Both the position numbers and the translations under genes were made by a program. The notes beneath the pieces were generated by a model. It searched no databases and was not told where the DNA came from. It worked only from the letters and a program-made list of their open reading frames with translations. Shown here in pieces: positions 62,242 through 64,000 of a stretch of 64,000 nt of DNA. How positions within the stretch are numbered: position 1 is the first letter of the stretch; each line of letters opens with the position of its first letter. Origin of the DNA: Gammaproteobacteria bacterium (GTDB taxonomy: Bacteria > Pseudomonadota > Gammaproteobacteria > Ga0077554 > Ga007554); contig JAMPIW010000009.1 of NCBI GenBank assembly GCA_040183005.1, positions 50,876 to 114,875 of the forward strand, in the 5' to 3' direction.

Positions 62242-64000
62242 ATGCCCCACGCCGTTTCCGCTTCTTCTGATGTAGACACCGGCCTTGCCTGTGTAGTACT
62301 GCTGGCCCGATTTTTCGGGCTACCCATCGATCCCAATCAACTTCAGCATCAATTCGGCCAAACCGGCCGGCTGTTCGACGCCACGGACATCCTGCTGGCG
62401 GCTAAGCATCTGGGCCTCAAGGCCAAGGCGATCGAAAGCAATTGGGCGCGCCTTGCGGACACCCCGCTGCCCGCCATCGTCCAGCACCACGACGGGCATT
62501 ATTTCATCGTCGCCAAGATCGACGGCGACAAGGTGCTAATCCAGGACCCCCTCGAACAGCGCCCCCTCATCCTGCCGCGCGAAATCTTTGAAAAGGCCTG
62601 GTGCGGAAAACTGATTCTTTTCACGCGCCGCGCCAAGCTGGCCGAAGGCGGGGTCGGCAAATTCGATTTCACCTGGTTCATCCCGGCCATTATCAAGCAC
62701 CGGCGGCTGTTTGGTGAGGTGCTGATAGCCTCGTTCTTTATCCAGTTGTTCGCGCTGGTGACCCCGCTGTTCTTCCAGGTGGTCATCGACAAGGTGCTGG
62801 TGCACAAGGGACTGACCACGCTGGATGTACTGCTATTCGGGCTGGTGGTGATTTCGCTGTTCGAGGTGGTGCTTGGCGGCTTGCGCACCTACCTCTATTC
62901 CCACACCGCGCATCGCATTGATGTCAGTCTGGGGGCCAAACTGTTCCGGCACATGCTGGCCCTGCCGCTGGCCTACTTCGAGGCGCGGCGGGTCGGTGAC
63001 ACCGTGGCCAGGGTGCGGGAACTCGAGAGCATCCGCCAGTTTCTCACCGGCTCGGCCCTCACCGTGGTGGTGGACGCCTTCTTCACGGTGGTCTTCATCG
63101 CCGTGATGTACTACTACAGCCCACTGTTGACATGGATTGTGCTGGGGTCGATTCCCCTGTACGCGCTGCTTTCAGTGCTCGTGACGCCGGTGCTGCGCGC
63201 CCGCCTGCACGAAAAGTTCAACCGCGGTGCGGAGAATCAGGCCTTTCTCGTCGAATCCATCAACGGCGTGCAGACCCTCAAGGCGATGGCCGTCGAACCG
63301 CAGATGCAGCGCCGCTTTGAGGAGCAACTGGCCGGTTATGTGCGCGCCGGATTCCGGGCCGACATGCTGGGCAATACGGCAAGCCAGATCGCCTCCCTGA
63401 TCAATAAGCTCGTCATTGCGGCCACGCTGTGGTTCGGTGCCCATCTGGTAATCGAAGGCAGCCTGAGTGTGGGGCAGTTGGTCGCCTTCAACATGCTGGC
63501 GGCGCGGGTCAGCGGCCCGGTGTTGCGGCTGGTGCAGCTCTGGCAGGATTTCCAGCAGGCCGGCATTTCCGTGCAGCGGCTCGGCGATATCCTTAACGCC
63601 CACCCCGAGCCAGGCTACAACCCCAACCGCGCCACCCTGCCCGCCTTCGCGGGGCGCGTCATAATCGACAACATCACCTTCCGCTACCGGCCGGATACGC
63701 CCGAAGTGCTGCGCCGCGTCTCCCTCGACGTGCAGCCCGGCGAGGTCATCGGCATCGTCGGCCGCTCGGGTTCCGGCAAGAGCACGCTCACCAAACTCAT
63801 CCAGCGCCTGTATGTCCCGGAAAGCGGGCGGATACTCATCGACGGGGTAGACCTCGCCATGGTCGAGCCCGCCTGGCTGCGCCGCCAGATCGGCGTGGTG
63901 TTGCAGGAAAACATGCTCTTCAACCGCACGGTGCGCGACAACATCGCCTTGGCGGACCCCGGCCTGCCGATGGAGGCGGTGATCGAGGCGGCCAAACTCG
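62242..64000 (+). CDS. Type I secretion system ABC transporter (HlyB-like) with N-terminal C39-like domain, 3' end outside window
   Basis: Open frame from the ATG at 62242 to the window end. Has a C39-like domain, six-TM region and Walker A GRSGSGKST. Not in the track because there is no stop in the window. Confidence 0.8.
   Translation, partial: MPHAVSASSDVDTGLACVVLLARFFGLPIDPNQLQHQFGQTGRLFDATDILLAAKHLGLKAKAIESNWARLADTPLPAIVQHHDGHYFIVAKIDGDKVLIQDPLEQRPLILPREIFEKAWCGKLILFTRRAKLAEGGVGKFDFTWFIPAIIKHRRLFGEVLIASFFIQLFALVTPLFFQVVIDKVLVHKGLTTLDVLLFGLVVISLFEVVLGGLRTYLYSHTAHRIDVSLGAKLFRHMLALPLAYFEARRVGDTVARVRELESIRQFLTGSALTVVVDAFFTVVFIAVMYYYSPLLTWIVLGSIPLYALLSVLVTPVLRARLHEKFNRGAENQAFLVESINGVQTLKAMAVEPQMQRRFEEQLAGYVRAGFRADMLGNTASQIASLINKLVIAATLWFGAHLVIEGSLSVGQLVAFNMLAARVSGPVLRLVQLWQDFQQAGISVQRLGDILNAHPEPGYNPNRATLPAFAGRVIIDNITFRYRPDTPEVLRRVSLDVQPGEVIGIVGRSGSGKSTLTKLIQRLYVPESGRILIDGVDLAMVEPAWLRRQIGVVLQENMLFNRTVRDNIALADPGLPMEAVIEAAKL

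Overview
This 64 kb proteobacterial (beta/gamma-type) chromosomal window has about 58% GC and is mostly core genes. The gene order is mlaE/D, a TolC-like OMP, mlaC/B, then ibaG, murA, hisGDCBHAF, plsY (-), folBK and a methyltransferase. On the minus strand follow bioDCHF, four accessory genes (phzF-like, GNAT, a RelE/ParE TA pair, an orphan HTH) and bioB. Next come comF-like, two tandem OMP genes, a mutT-thiE fusion, then yacG-zapD-coaE-pilDCB and pilA (-). After that sit an S8 subtilase lipoprotein overlapped by a REC-GGDEF regulator, rtcA, mazG, a MacAB-like HlyD/ABC/FtsX exporter, a GNAT gene and bfd. An AT-rich accessory islet (about 43.7-49.4 kb) follows, then nadD-proA-holA-lptE (-), sufBCDSU plus nfu, an exosortase-type GNAT N-acyltransferase and a partial HlyB-like T1SS ABC gene. 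Two 99.9% identical IS4-family copies (1321 bp, 17-bp TIRs, each with its own 9-bp TSD) sit in direct orientation at 3472-4792 and 60763-62083, bracketing about 56 kb. The islet holds an IS66-family element (8-bp TSD AACGTAAG) that split the last gene of an uncharacterised three-gene minus-strand module (TIGR04255-like, 115 aa, about 199 aa). It also holds a gene pair (291 aa and 118 aa) sharing an N-terminal GRxNP motif, with a Cys/His hydrolase-like C-terminus on the larger protein, and a frameshifted pagL-like gene. Non-coding oddities are a 265-bp MITE-like element with 30-bp TIRs between plsY and folB, a two-copy CACGAAA 9-bp iteron inverted-repeat family (one copy inside the exporter operon), and a 54-bp in-frame tandem duplication that lengthens SufC. 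No rRNA, tRNA or CRISPR was detected.
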